Of a DNA stretch of 64,000 bases, positions 20,187-29,690 are shown piece by piece (the stretch's first letter is position 1; the number at the start of each line of letters is the position of its first letter). Both the position numbers and the translations under genes were made by a program. The notes under the pieces were generated by a model, which did not search any database, was not told the origin of the DNA, and saw nothing but the letters and a program-made list of their open reading frames with translations. The DNA lies in assembly GCA_965198175.1 (NCBI GenBank), contig OZ240245.1, forward strand, positions 2,048,001 through 2,112,000, written 5' to 3'. The stretch is from Candidatus Poribacteria bacterium (GTDB lineage Bacteria; Poribacteria; WGA-4E; PCPOR2b).

Positions 20187-21677
20187 ATGAATATCACAAT
20201 GGTATCAGATAGACCGATTAGGGTTCGCTTCGCACCTTCTCCAACGGGATTCCTCCACATCGGGGGTGCACGCACAGCTCTATTTAACTGGCTTTTTGCA
20301 AGACATTTCGGTGGGAAGTTTATTCTCCGACTTGACGATACTGATGAAGCGAGATCAACGGAGGAGTCCACCCGGTCAATCTTTGAGTTGCTAGAATGGC
20401 TTGGACTCGATTGGGATGAAGGGCCCATTGCGGGCGGACCTTATGCCCCGTATACCCAGTCTGAACGACATAATCTCTATCAAGAATACATACACAGATT
20501 GCTTGACAGCGGCGCTGCATATTATTGCTATTGCACTGCCGACGAATTGAAGCAGATGCGGGAAAGTGCTCGCGCTGAAGGACGACAGCCCCACTATCCG
20601 GGAAAATGTCGTCATTTAACAGAGGAGCAGCGGTGCGGGCTGGAAGCGCAAGGACGAAAACCGACAGTCCGGCTAAAAATCACAAGTGGCACAATAATTG
20701 TGCACGATTTGGTTCAGGGTGAGGTGAAGTTTGAAGCCGATACGCTCGATGACTTTATTGTTGTCAAATCTGACGGTTTTCCTTTGTACAATTTTACATC
20801 TGCAATTGATGACCATGAGATGCAGATTTCTCACGTTATTCGCGGCAAGGATCACTTACCCAATACCCCGAAACAAATATTGATCTATCGCGCTCTCGGT
20901 TTTGAATTACCGCATTTCGCTCACCTGCCGCTTGTGCTTGGCAGCAACAAAGGTGAAAAACTCAGTAAACGGCGCCACGGCGACTTGGTCGCTGTGGGTA
21001 CGTACCGTGAAGCTGGATATTTGCCAGAGGCAATGGTAAACTTCCTCGTGCGGCTTGGCTGGTCCTACGACGACAAATCGGAGATATTCTATCGGGATGA
21101 ACTCATTGAGAAATTCAACATTGAGCGCATCGGAAGAAGTGAGGGTGTCTTTGACATCAAAAAACTCCAGTGGCTGAATCAAACCTACATTATGAAACTT
21201 GACCTATCTACGCGGACCGAGGCGGTTCTCCCCTTTCTACAGAAGGAAGGGTTACTGGACACCCAAGTAGTAAAAGAGCATAGGGCTTGGCTGGAGAAGA
21301 TTGTTGAGGCAATTGAGGATCGGATGAAAACTTTGGCTGACATTACCGATTACAGTTACTTCTTCACAGACGCTTTTAACTATGACCCGCGGGCAGTCAA
21401 GAAGTGGTGGAAAGGCGACCTCGCCGGAATTGTGCAGGGTTTGCGCGAGGTTTTAAGGGCGTTCGAAGTGTTTGAAGTGGATAAAATCGAATCCGCTATC
21501 TGGGATTTTCTGGACGAAAAAGGAATCAAGCGCATTCGTGGAATGCAGCCATTAAGAATTGCACTCACGGGAGCCTCCGGCGGACCGGGCTTGTTTGATA
21601 TTATCGTCCTGCTCGGCAGGGAGAAAGTAATCGAAAGATTGGATCGAGCAGTCGACTATATACACACTGCGAACTGA
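20187..21677 (+). CDS. gltX: Glutamate--tRNA ligase
   Basis: RFAPSPTGFLHIGG (HIGH) and KLSKR (KMSKS) motifs. Confidence 0.95.
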   Translation: MNITMVSDRPIRVRFAPSPTGFLHIGGARTALFNWLFARHFGGKFILRLDDTDEARSTEESTRSIFELLEWLGLDWDEGPIAGGPYAPYTQSERHNLYQEYIHRLLDSGAAYYCYCTADELKQMRESARAEGRQPHYPGKCRHLTEEQRCGLEAQGRKPTVRLKITSGTIIVHDLVQGEVKFEADTLDDFIVVKSDGFPLYNFTSAIDDHEMQISHVIRGKDHLPNTPKQILIYRALGFELPHFAHLPLVLGSNKGEKLSKRRHGDLVAVGTYREAGYLPEAMVNFLVRLGWSYDDKSEIFYRDELIEKFNIERIGRSEGVFDIKKLQWLNQTYIMKLDLSTRTEAVLPFLQKEGLLDTQVVKEHRAWLEKIVEAIEDRMKTLADITDYSYFFTDAFNYDPRAVKKWWKGDLAGIVQGLREVLRAFEVFEVDKIESAIWDFLDEKGIKRIRGMQPLRIALTGASGGPGLFDIIVLLGREKVIERLDRAVDYIHTAN

Positions 21678-21683
21678 CATACA

Positions 21684-22802
21684 ATGACACGAAAATCATA
21701 CTGCTTTTTAATCTTTGTATTCCTCGTCTTGAGTTTAATCGCTCATGGTGACTCTGATGATACTCATGATGCTCACGGAATAGAAGGGTGGATTGAATCT
21801 AAATTTGGAAATCTCCACACGGTTTGGCTGTTTGTTATCATTGCGGTCACTCTTTATCTCCTTGGGAAGGGCGCAGATGTGCTGGTTGAAGAAGCTGTTA
21901 CCCTTTCGACGCGATGGGGCATCCCGAAAACGCTAATCGGAGCCACGATTGTGAGCCTTGGGACAACGACGCCTGAAGCCGCTGTTTCCGTTCTCGCCGC
22001 CATTCAGGGAGATCCAGATATCGCCCTCGGGAACGCAGTTGGCTCAATTATTTGCGATACCGGACTCATCCTCGGTACTGCCGCACTGATCGCCCCTCTA
22101 CCACTCAATCGGAAAATTGTCAATCGTCAGGGCTGGCTGCAACTGGGAGCAGGGTTTCTGCTGGTGATTGCTTGTCTCTCCTTTGGTTCATTGGATAGTA
22201 CTTTCTCAGCGGGTGGGCGGCTTCCTCAGTTGATGGGTTTTATCTTTCTTGCCTTGCTTGTTGTTTATCTGTGGCAGTCTATTCGTTGGTCACGCGATGC
22301 GGGCGGCACGATAGAAGCAGATCATCACGAGGACAAATCGGCTAATACGTTTCTTGTCGTCATTAGATTGGTGTTCGGCATTGTATTGGTCGTTGGCGCT
22401 TCGTCAGTTCTGATTCCGGCGGTTAAGATTGTTGCCGAAAGAGTAAACGTCCCCGAAAGTATCATTGCTGCGACATTGGTGGCGTTCGGCACCTCGCTTC
22501 CGGAATTCGTTACAGCGGTCACAGCTGCAAGAAGGGGACACGGCGAACTCGCCGTTGGAAACGTTATCGGCGCAGACATCCTCAACGTTCTTTTTGTCGC
22601 CGGCGCGTCCGCGGCAGTGACGAGCGGCGGGTTGGAAGCGCCACCACATTTTTTCAACCTGCTTTTCCCACTCATGTTATTTATCTTGGTCGTTTTTCGG
22701 GTTGGGATATTTGTCTCGGGTGACAGGTTGAAACGTCCTTTCGGCGTCGTCCTAATCGGTGCCTATGTTCTTGTGACCACCCTGAGTTATTTTAAGTTAT
22801 AA
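21684..22802 (+). CDS. Calcium/sodium antiporter (YrbG/CaCA family)
   Basis: Two alpha repeats GTTTPE and GTSLPE; GNAVGS and GNVIGA. Confidence 0.9.
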   Translation: MTRKSYCFLIFVFLVLSLIAHGDSDDTHDAHGIEGWIESKFGNLHTVWLFVIIAVTLYLLGKGADVLVEEAVTLSTRWGIPKTLIGATIVSLGTTTPEAAVSVLAAIQGDPDIALGNAVGSIICDTGLILGTAALIAPLPLNRKIVNRQGWLQLGAGFLLVIACLSFGSLDSTFSAGGRLPQLMGFIFLALLVVYLWQSIRWSRDAGGTIEADHHEDKSANTFLVVIRLVFGIVLVVGASSVLIPAVKIVAERVNVPESIIAATLVAFGTSLPEFVTAVTAARRGHGELAVGNVIGADILNVLFVAGASAAVTSGGLEAPPHFFNLLFPLMLFILVVFRVGIFVSGDRLKRPFGVVLIGAYVLVTTLSYFKL

Positions 22803-22890
22803 CGAGTGGCCGTGCTAATCGAGAGTTGGTGATAACTCTCCTAGATTCAAGGAATTGGGAATATGTCAACAGGAGATAACGGAGAAAATA

Positions 22891-23976
22891 ATGAACTCAA
22901 ACATTAGTGTATTACCCGGAGACGGAATTGGTCAAGAGGTAACCACTGAAGCAGTCCGCGTGTTAGATGCAATTCAAGAGAAATATGGACATCGCTTTGA
23001 ACACGAATACGCCCTAATCGGCGGTTGTGCTATTGATCGGATGGGGACGGCTTTGCCCCCCAAGACGTTAGATCTTTGCCGGGCATCCGATGCAATCTTA
23101 TTCGGCGCGGCTGGGGGACCTAGTTGGGATGATGTGCCCAGTGAAGGACGCCCTGAACGAGCGGTAGCGACCATCCGAAAGGAACTAGATCTCTTCGTGA
23201 ACCTCCGCCCGATTCGGGGAAGGAAGGCACTCGTTTCTGTATTGCCTGTTAAGGCGGAGCTTATTGGTGAAGGTTTGGATTTTGTCGTCATCCGTGAGTT
23301 GGCTGGCGGCATCTACTACGGTGAACCGCGAGGATTCGTAAAGGAAAGCGATGGGGAACGTGGGTTCAATACCATGTCTTACACCACCAGAGAAGTCGAT
23401 CGTGTGGTGCGCGAAAGCTTTGAACTGGCGCGAAAGCGATCAAAAAAACTGACCTCGGTGACAAAAGAGAACATGCTTGAAAGTTCAAGGCTCTGGCGTG
23501 AGGTTGCGGCAAAAGTTAGTCAGGATTATCCTGATGTGGAGACGGAGCATATTTTGATTGATGCGTGCGCGTACTACATCATTCAGAATCCGAGCCAATT
23601 TGATGTCATCGTGACTGGGAACATCTTCGGAGATATCCTCTCTGATGAAGCCGGTGCGTTGGTAGGTTCACTGGGGATGTGTCCCTCAGCAAGCTATGGG
23701 CACACAAAGCAAGGATTATATGAACCAATCCACGGCACTGCCCCGGACATCGCAGGGAACGGCATCGCCAATCCAATCGCCGCTATCCTAAGTGCAGGAC
23801 TGCTTCTTCGCCACACCTTCGATCTCAATTCAGAGGCTGAGGACATTGAAGCCGCTGTTGATAGCGTTATCGATAAGGGTTATCGTACCATAGATATTCA
23901 GCAAGGTGGACTGACAACCGTGGGTACCGTCGAAATGGCAGATGCGATTATTGCCGAAATCCGATCCGACTCGTGA
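22891..23976 (+). CDS. leuB: 3-isopropylmalate dehydrogenase (LeuB type 1-like)
   Basis: [37 protein letters not shown] and [12 protein letters not shown] motifs. Confidence 0.85.
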   Translation: MNSNISVLPGDGIGQEVTTEAVRVLDAIQEKYGHRFEHEYALIGGCAIDRMGTALPPKTLDLCRASDAILFGAAGGPSWDDVPSEGRPERAVATIRKELDLFVNLRPIRGRKALVSVLPVKAELIGEGLDFVVIRELAGGIYYGEPRGFVKESDGERGFNTMSYTTREVDRVVRESFELARKRSKKLTSVTKENMLESSRLWREVAAKVSQDYPDVETEHILIDACAYYIIQNPSQFDVIVTGNIFGDILSDEAGALVGSLGMCPSASYGHTKQGLYEPIHGTAPDIAGNGIANPIAAILSAGLLLRHTFDLNSEAEDIEAAVDSVIDKGYRTIDIQQGGLTTVGTVEMADAIIAEIRSDS

Positions 23977-24773
23977 AGCGTAGTAAGCTCATGGTAAAAG
24001 TTGATTATGATCGGAATCTTTACAAGAATTATCAGCGGGGACGCGCACTTTCCGAGGAAACGATTCGCCTCTGGATGGGGGCAATTGCGAAGTATCTTCC
24101 CAAGCCGAGTGGGTTTACCGTTCTCGATCTTGGATCGGGGACCGGTCGATTTGCACCTCATTTGGCGGAGTATTTTCATGCGTGCGTTCTCGGTGTCGAA
24201 CCATCGGATAGAATGCGGGAAATTGCTGCGGACAGTAATACGGATTCAAGAGTTTCGTATATCAAGGGCAAGGCTGAACGCATCCCCGTAGACGATCAGC
24301 AGTGCGATTTTGCTTTCCTATCAATGACTATCCACCACTTTGACGACCTATCGCTCGGCAGCCGGGAGTTGTATCGCGTGCTAAAACCGGACGGTCTCGT
24401 GTTTATCCGAAATGGGTTCAAGGACCGGATTGATAGGGTGAGATATCACGAATTCTTTCCAAGCGCATGGGCAATTGATAACCAGAATTTGCCGAGCACA
24501 GACGTGGTTGAAGCGTCATTCTCTGCCAACTGTTTTGAGAAGGTGGCTTTGGAACGCATCGTGCAGCAAATCAACGACAGTTTTCAGGCGTACTATCAAC
24601 GTATCAAGTCGAGATCATTGTCAACATTTGAGTTCATTTCAGATGAGGAATTTCAAGCGGGGTTGCTTGCGATGAAAAAAGCTGCGGATAATGAAAAAAA
24701 ACCATCGGCAGTGACTGAAGCGTTTGATTTGTTAGTTTTCAAGAAGCGTGAGTTGCAAGGAAATCTCTTTTGA
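23973..24773 (+). CDS. Class I SAM-dependent methyltransferase
   Basis: VLDLGSGTGRF motif I; YRVLKPDG. Confidence 0.88.
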   Translation: MKRSKLMVKVDYDRNLYKNYQRGRALSEETIRLWMGAIAKYLPKPSGFTVLDLGSGTGRFAPHLAEYFHACVLGVEPSDRMREIAADSNTDSRVSYIKGKAERIPVDDQQCDFAFLSMTIHHFDDLSLGSRELYRVLKPDGLVFIRNGFKDRIDRVRYHEFFPSAWAIDNQNLPSTDVVEASFSANCFEKVALERIVQQINDSFQAYYQRIKSRSLSTFEFISDEEFQAGLLAMKKAADNEKKPSAVTEAFDLLVFKKRELQGNLF

Positions 24774-24774
24774 T

Positions 24775-25407
24775 ATGTCTGAACTTCGCAGGGAATACAC
24801 CGACGCCGGCTTGGACGAGCGAGACTTGGATGCGAATCCCTTTAAGCAGTTTGAGAAGTGGTTTCAAGAGGCGATTGACGCGAAACTCGATTTGCCCGAT
24901 GCGATGACACTGGCGACAGCAACGGGGGACGGTATACCTTCGGCAAGGATTGTGCTGCTCAGGGGGCACGATGAGCGGGGATTCGTTTTTTATACGGGCT
25001 ACGGAAGCCAAAAAGGGAAGGAACTTGCAGAAAATCCGAATGCAGCACTGGTTTTTTACTGGCGAGAGCTGGATCGACAGGTGCGTATCACTGGGCAGAT
25101 GAGTAAGGTTTCTCGTGAAAACTCCAACAACTATTTTCAGAGCCGGCCTGTCGGTAGCCGTTTGGCTGCGTTGGCGTCAAGACAGAGCGAAGTTATCCCT
25201 GACCGAAAGGACCTAGAAGAACGATTCAAACAGTTAAAAAAGCAATATCAGGACGGAGAAGTCCCGCTGCCGTCAAATTGGGGTGGTTACCGTTTATCCC
25301 CCAACATGATTGAGTTCTGGAGTGGTCGCCCAAACCGGCTGCATGACCGTCTTCGCTACACCCGCCAGCCCAATGATGATTGGCGAGTTGAACGACTTTC
25401 TCCGTGA
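24775..25407 (+). CDS. pdxH: Pyridoxamine 5'-phosphate oxidase
   Basis: LRREY, ARIVLL, EFWSGRPNRLHDR and RLSP motifs. Confidence 0.95.
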   Translation: MSELRREYTDAGLDERDLDANPFKQFEKWFQEAIDAKLDLPDAMTLATATGDGIPSARIVLLRGHDERGFVFYTGYGSQKGKELAENPNAALVFYWRELDRQVRITGQMSKVSRENSNNYFQSRPVGSRLAALASRQSEVIPDRKDLEERFKQLKKQYQDGEVPLPSNWGGYRLSPNMIEFWSGRPNRLHDRLRYTRQPNDDWRVERLSP

Positions 25408-25584
25408 AAAGAGACGTTTGAAAAGATGTTTTCAGTGTCCAAACAGGGAAGACATCACAGAAGGAATACTGAATACCGACCACAACCCCAAACTTCGTTA
25501 TAGTGATTTAGCTATTGTCTGTTTCCTTTGCGCCTATAATAAATCCTGCCAATCAGAGTTTTGTTAGACTTCGCATGTCCCATG

Positions 25585-25965
25585 CTAGAGTAGTTGTCTC
25601 CCAGCCGCACCTGCCTCGAGATCGTGCCAGTAGTGAATTTCCTTCTCCCCCGACTTCCAGCAGAGATAGACTTCTCTGCCCTCCCGCAAGTGCGGAAAGT
25701 CAATTAACCCTTCATCTACACCTTTCAACAGGCAGCCGTGCGAACGGATGCGCTCGACAATTTCGTGGAATCGAGCAACGGCTTGGATAAACTGAGGTGT
25801 TTTGGGATGTCCACCATTGTGGTGAACAATCTCAAAAAGAGGAGTCAATTTTGCTCCGAGCGCCTCAAGTTTCCGGCGAAGCACTTTTAACGCTCCGATG
25901 TATTGTTCTAACTTGGGAATAAGTTGGTTTGCTTCTTCTACGGTAAAGTATCTCTTTCGTTGCAT
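25585..25965 (-). CDS. DUF2203 family protein
   Basis: RYFTVEEAN...GLIDFP...VYLCWKSGE..I.YWH...G.AGR pattern. Confidence 0.85.
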   Translation of the reverse strand: MQRKRYFTVEEANQLIPKLEQYIGALKVLRRKLEALGAKLTPLFEIVHHNGGHPKTPQFIQAVARFHEIVERIRSHGCLLKGVDEGLIDFPHLREGREVYLCWKSGEKEIHYWHDLEAGAAGRQLL

Positions 25966-26071
25966 CGTTAATCACTCTTCCTAAAAATTGAACCACTATG
26001 GCTATAGAGGCGTCATTATATACTGAGAAATTTGATGTTAATCCCCTAGAGTGTACCCCAAATTCGGTGAA

Positions 26072-27718
26072 ATGACAAACGAAAATCATCAACTGACTTC
26101 CACAACCAGTGAAAATGAAAAGCGTTTAACGCGATCTGCGGGAATCGTTAGCATTGCCGTGATGGGGTCGCGCCTACTGGGGCTTGTGCGGGAACAAGTG
26201 ATTGCCTATTTTTTTGTTTCAGGAACCAGCGCCGACGCTTTCTACGCCGCTTTCCGCATCCCGAACCTGATGCGAGATCTCTTTGGTGAAGGAGTGTTGA
26301 GCAAGGCATTTGTTACAACGTTCACGGCAACAGAGATGGAAGATGGTAAAGAAGCTGCATGGCGTTTAGCAAGCCGGATTTTTAATATAACAGTTCTAGT
26401 GCTCATGGGGATCACGCTGATTTGTGTCTTTGCCGCACCACTAATCGTTGATATACTGTTTATTGGTAAAGGGTTTCAAGATGTTGCCTTAAATCCTTCA
26501 GAAGACTTCGGCATCAATAACAAACGAGATTTAACGGTCTATCTCACGCGAATTATGTTCCCGTTCCTAATCGTGGTTTCGCTTGCAGCAGTTGCGATGG
26601 GACTACTCAACAGCAGGGGAAAATTTGGCGTTCCCGCCTGTGCTTCGTTGTTTTTTAATCTCGGATCGATCGTTGTTGGCGTTTGGGGATATTACACCCT
26701 ACCCCGTATAGGACTACACCCTGTAACAGGTATGGCATTCGGTGTACTCGTGGGCGGTGCCTTGCAGTTCATAATTCAGGTTCCATTGATGTGGCGGTGT
26801 GGGTTTCGCCATCGCCTTCTCGTTAGCTTCCGCGATGAGCGGGTGAGGCAGGTGATGCGTCTGATTGGACCTATGATTTTGGGGGTTGCTGCGTTACAGG
26901 TGAACCTGTTCGTGAACTCAATTTTCGCATCAGAAGGTAAAGGCTGGATGACTTGGATAATTCGAGCATTTCGACTAATGCACCTGCCAATCGGAATTTT
27001 TGGCGTAGCGATTTCTACTGCTGCGTTGCCGAATCTCACTAAATTGATTGCACGCGGAGAGGTAGAAAGCTTCCGTCAATCTTTTTCGTATGCCCTGCGG
27101 CTAATGTTGTTGTTGACACTTCCTGCTTCTGTTGGATTGATGGTATTGGATGAGCCAATTTGCCGACTCGTCTTTGAATGGGGAATGACAGGTAAGGATG
27201 ACACGAGCCAAACAGCGGGCGCACTGTTGTGCTATGCCTTTGGATTGTGCGGTTTCTCAATGGTCAAGATTGCAACGGACGGATTTTACGCTTTCAACGA
27301 CACGCGCACGCCTGCCAAGGTGAGCCTTTGCACAGTCGCACTTAATATTGTGCTGAATTATCTTCTTATATATCAGTTCAATTTCGGACCCCGCTCGCTT
27401 GCGCTATCGACGTCCTGCACAATCACCTTGAACTGTCTGATTCTTCTCGTCCTCTTGCGACGCAGAGCCGGGGGATTGGGGCTGCGCGGAATATGGAGGC
27501 TGTTTTTCAAAATCGTTGCGGCTTCTGCTGGAATGGGCTTCATCTGCATGTGGACGAACGAATGGCTTGAGAATTGGCTCGGTATCGAGAGCCTCATCGC
27601 AAAAGTCTTCGGCGTGTTTGTCCCAATCGGGATAGGTGTTGTTGTTTTCTTTGGGTTGGCTAGGCTTCTGAAGATTAGAGAATTGAATCAACTGTTAGGC
27701 GCAATCGTCCGTCGTTGA
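26072..27718 (+). CDS. murJ: Lipid II flippase MurJ
   Basis: SRLLGLVRE, AFRIPNLMRDLFGEG and FYAFNDTRTP motifs. Confidence 0.93.
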   Translation: MTNENHQLTSTTSENEKRLTRSAGIVSIAVMGSRLLGLVREQVIAYFFVSGTSADAFYAAFRIPNLMRDLFGEGVLSKAFVTTFTATEMEDGKEAAWRLASRIFNITVLVLMGITLICVFAAPLIVDILFIGKGFQDVALNPSEDFGINNKRDLTVYLTRIMFPFLIVVSLAAVAMGLLNSRGKFGVPACASLFFNLGSIVVGVWGYYTLPRIGLHPVTGMAFGVLVGGALQFIIQVPLMWRCGFRHRLLVSFRDERVRQVMRLIGPMILGVAALQVNLFVNSIFASEGKGWMTWIIRAFRLMHLPIGIFGVAISTAALPNLTKLIARGEVESFRQSFSYALRLMLLLTLPASVGLMVLDEPICRLVFEWGMTGKDDTSQTAGALLCYAFGLCGFSMVKIATDGFYAFNDTRTPAKVSLCTVALNIVLNYLLIYQFNFGPRSLALSTSCTITLNCLILLVLLRRRAGGLGLRGIWRLFFKIVAASAGMGFICMWTNEWLENWLGIESLIAKVFGVFVPIGIGVVVFFGLARLLKIRELNQLLGAIVRR

Positions 27719-27745
27719 CAACCACTATCTGATTAGACATTTTTC

Positions 27746-27774
27746 TTGAAACTGCCCGATATCTGTGTTACAAT
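27746..27774 (+). promoter_or_regulatory. Putative sigma70 promoter
   Basis: TTGAAA-N17-TACAAT with TG extension. Confidence 0.5.
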
Positions 27775-27817
27775 CTGAATTTCTTAAAATCACTGGTCGT
27801 GCGAATGCCTTACTTAC

Positions 27818-27956
27818 AGGACTTACGCAGTGGAACCTCCAAAATAATAACGATATCTGTAGGAGGGGCTTCCTAGCCCCGAAGGTCGGGACAAGGATGT
27901 CCCTCCTACAGGAACAGAAGGATCAAGGGGGAAAGGCGTTTAACTGCGTAAGTCCT
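27818..27956. mobile_element. MITE-like element with nested GTAG REP hairpin
   Basis: 14-bp terminal IR AGGACTTACGCAGT (27818-27831 / 27943-27956); internal IR CTGTAGGAGGG / CCCTCCTACAG (27857-27911). Confidence 0.7.
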
Positions 27957-27985
27957 ATTAAATATATACTATCAGCTAACAGATA

Positions 27986-29335
27986 ATGAACGATATTATT
28001 ATGAGAAATTCGAGAAAAGCGTTCCTGTGCTTCACAGCTTTGTGGCTTTCCTTGTGCAGTATAACAACTGTGGCATCTGCACAGACCGCCGAGCAGATTG
28101 CCGAAAAAGCGCTAGCGGCTACAGTCTATTTAGAGATGACGGATAGGAACGGCAAAACTCTCGGATTTGGCAGCGGCTTCTTTGTCGGGAAGAAACATAT
28201 CGCAACCAACTTCCACGTTATTGAGGGAGCGGCAAAAGGCACCGCAAAACAGGTCGGCAAATACACGAAATATACCATCGAAGGCATATCCGCGACCGAT
28301 AAAAAAAACGACCTGGCCATCCTAAAGGTCACGGCGTTTAGGGGCGAACCCCTTCCCCTCGGTGACAGCGATGCGGTTAGAATTGGCGAAACGGTTTACG
28401 TTGCGGGCAACCCGAGAGGACTGGAGGGCACGTTCTCGAATGGCATCGTCAGCAGTCTCCGCGCGAGGTACACGCGAAAACGGATTCAGATGACCGCCCC
28501 AATTTCCCCGGGAAGCAGTGGTGGTCCCGTGCTAAACAGCAACGGAAAAGTCATTGGAGTCTCTTTCATGACTATTGAAGGCGGCCAGAACCTGAACTTT
28601 GCCATTCCGTCAAACTATCTCAAATCGCTGCTTCGACAGTTTGAACCAGCGAAACCTTACCGGCAAGCGGTACAAACCACGGCTGATGCAGTCGAACTTG
28701 TCGCCGCCATCGCACATTATGACAAGGCAATTCGCTTGAAACCCGATCACGCCGATGACTACGTTAATCGGGGACTTTTGAAGTCTAAATTAAGCCAATA
28801 TTCCGGCGCCATCGCTGATTATAGCAGGGCAATCCGTCTCAAACCCAATTACGCCAATGCCTATTACTATCGAGGGAAAGCGAAGCATGATTTAGAAAAG
28901 TATTCCGGTGCAATCGCCGATTATAGCAAGTCCATCCGCATAAAACCTGATTATGCTGCTGCCTACAACAATCGCGGGAAGGCGAAGGCTGACTTAGGTG
29001 AACACAACGCCGCCATCGCAGATTATGACAAGGCTATCCGCCTCAAACCCGATTATGTCGATGCATACGTCAATCGGGGACTTGCAGAGTATGACTTAGG
29101 TCAATACTCCGCTGCAATCACTGATTATGATGCTGCAATCCGTCTGAAACCCGATCTTGCCGCTGCCTACTACAATCGGGGACGTGCAAAGATTCTACTA
29201 GGGCTCACTAGAGAAGCCAAGCAGGATCTGCAATCCGCAATTAAACTGGCGGAACGGGGTGGCGATGGTAACCTCAAAGCTAAGAGTAGTTTAGTTCTTA
29301 GGCCAATCGAGTTGAAATCCCAACGATTGCGATGA
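27986..29335 (+). CDS. Exported trypsin-like serine protease with TPR repeats (paralogue A)
   Basis: Signal peptide; ATNFHV / NDLAIL / PGSSGGP catalytic triad; C-terminal 34-aa TPRs. Confidence 0.92.
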   Translation: MNDIIMRNSRKAFLCFTALWLSLCSITTVASAQTAEQIAEKALAATVYLEMTDRNGKTLGFGSGFFVGKKHIATNFHVIEGAAKGTAKQVGKYTKYTIEGISATDKKNDLAILKVTAFRGEPLPLGDSDAVRIGETVYVAGNPRGLEGTFSNGIVSSLRARYTRKRIQMTAPISPGSSGGPVLNSNGKVIGVSFMTIEGGQNLNFAIPSNYLKSLLRQFEPAKPYRQAVQTTADAVELVAAIAHYDKAIRLKPDHADDYVNRGLLKSKLSQYSGAIADYSRAIRLKPNYANAYYYRGKAKHDLEKYSGAIADYSKSIRIKPDYAAAYNNRGKAKADLGEHNAAIADYDKAIRLKPDYVDAYVNRGLAEYDLGQYSAAITDYDAAIRLKPDLAAAYYNRGRAKILLGLTREAKQDLQSAIKLAERGGDGNLKAKSSLVLRPIELKSQRLR

Positions 29336-29348
29336 GGATGGTTACACA

Positions 29349-29568
29349 ATGAACAGATCGCTAAGTGAATTCGATCCCCAGATTGTTGACATAATGCGCC
29401 AAGATTTGAATCGGCAGCAAAACTGTTTAACACTGATTCCGTCGGAAAACTATGCCAGTAAAGCGGTTATGCAGATGCAGAGCAGTATCCTTGCTAACAA
29501 GTATGCCGAGGGCTACGCTGGTGACCGATATTACAATGGCTGCGAGTTTATAGATCAAATAGAGACAC
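29349..29568 (+). pseudogene. glyA: Truncated 5' fragment of glyA
   Basis: Aligns ungapped to 33369-33588 (20 mismatches in 220 nt by manual count), then diverges abruptly. Confidence 0.92.
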
Positions 29569-29690
29569 AGTCACAATTTGAATTGCCTAGAGAACGGTGT
29601 GGGTTGGGTTGAGAGCATATGTCTGTTAAGGAGAAGCATTGTTCTGTTTTTGAGAAGGTGGCGTTGTAAAGCTAGAAGCGATACAAACGG

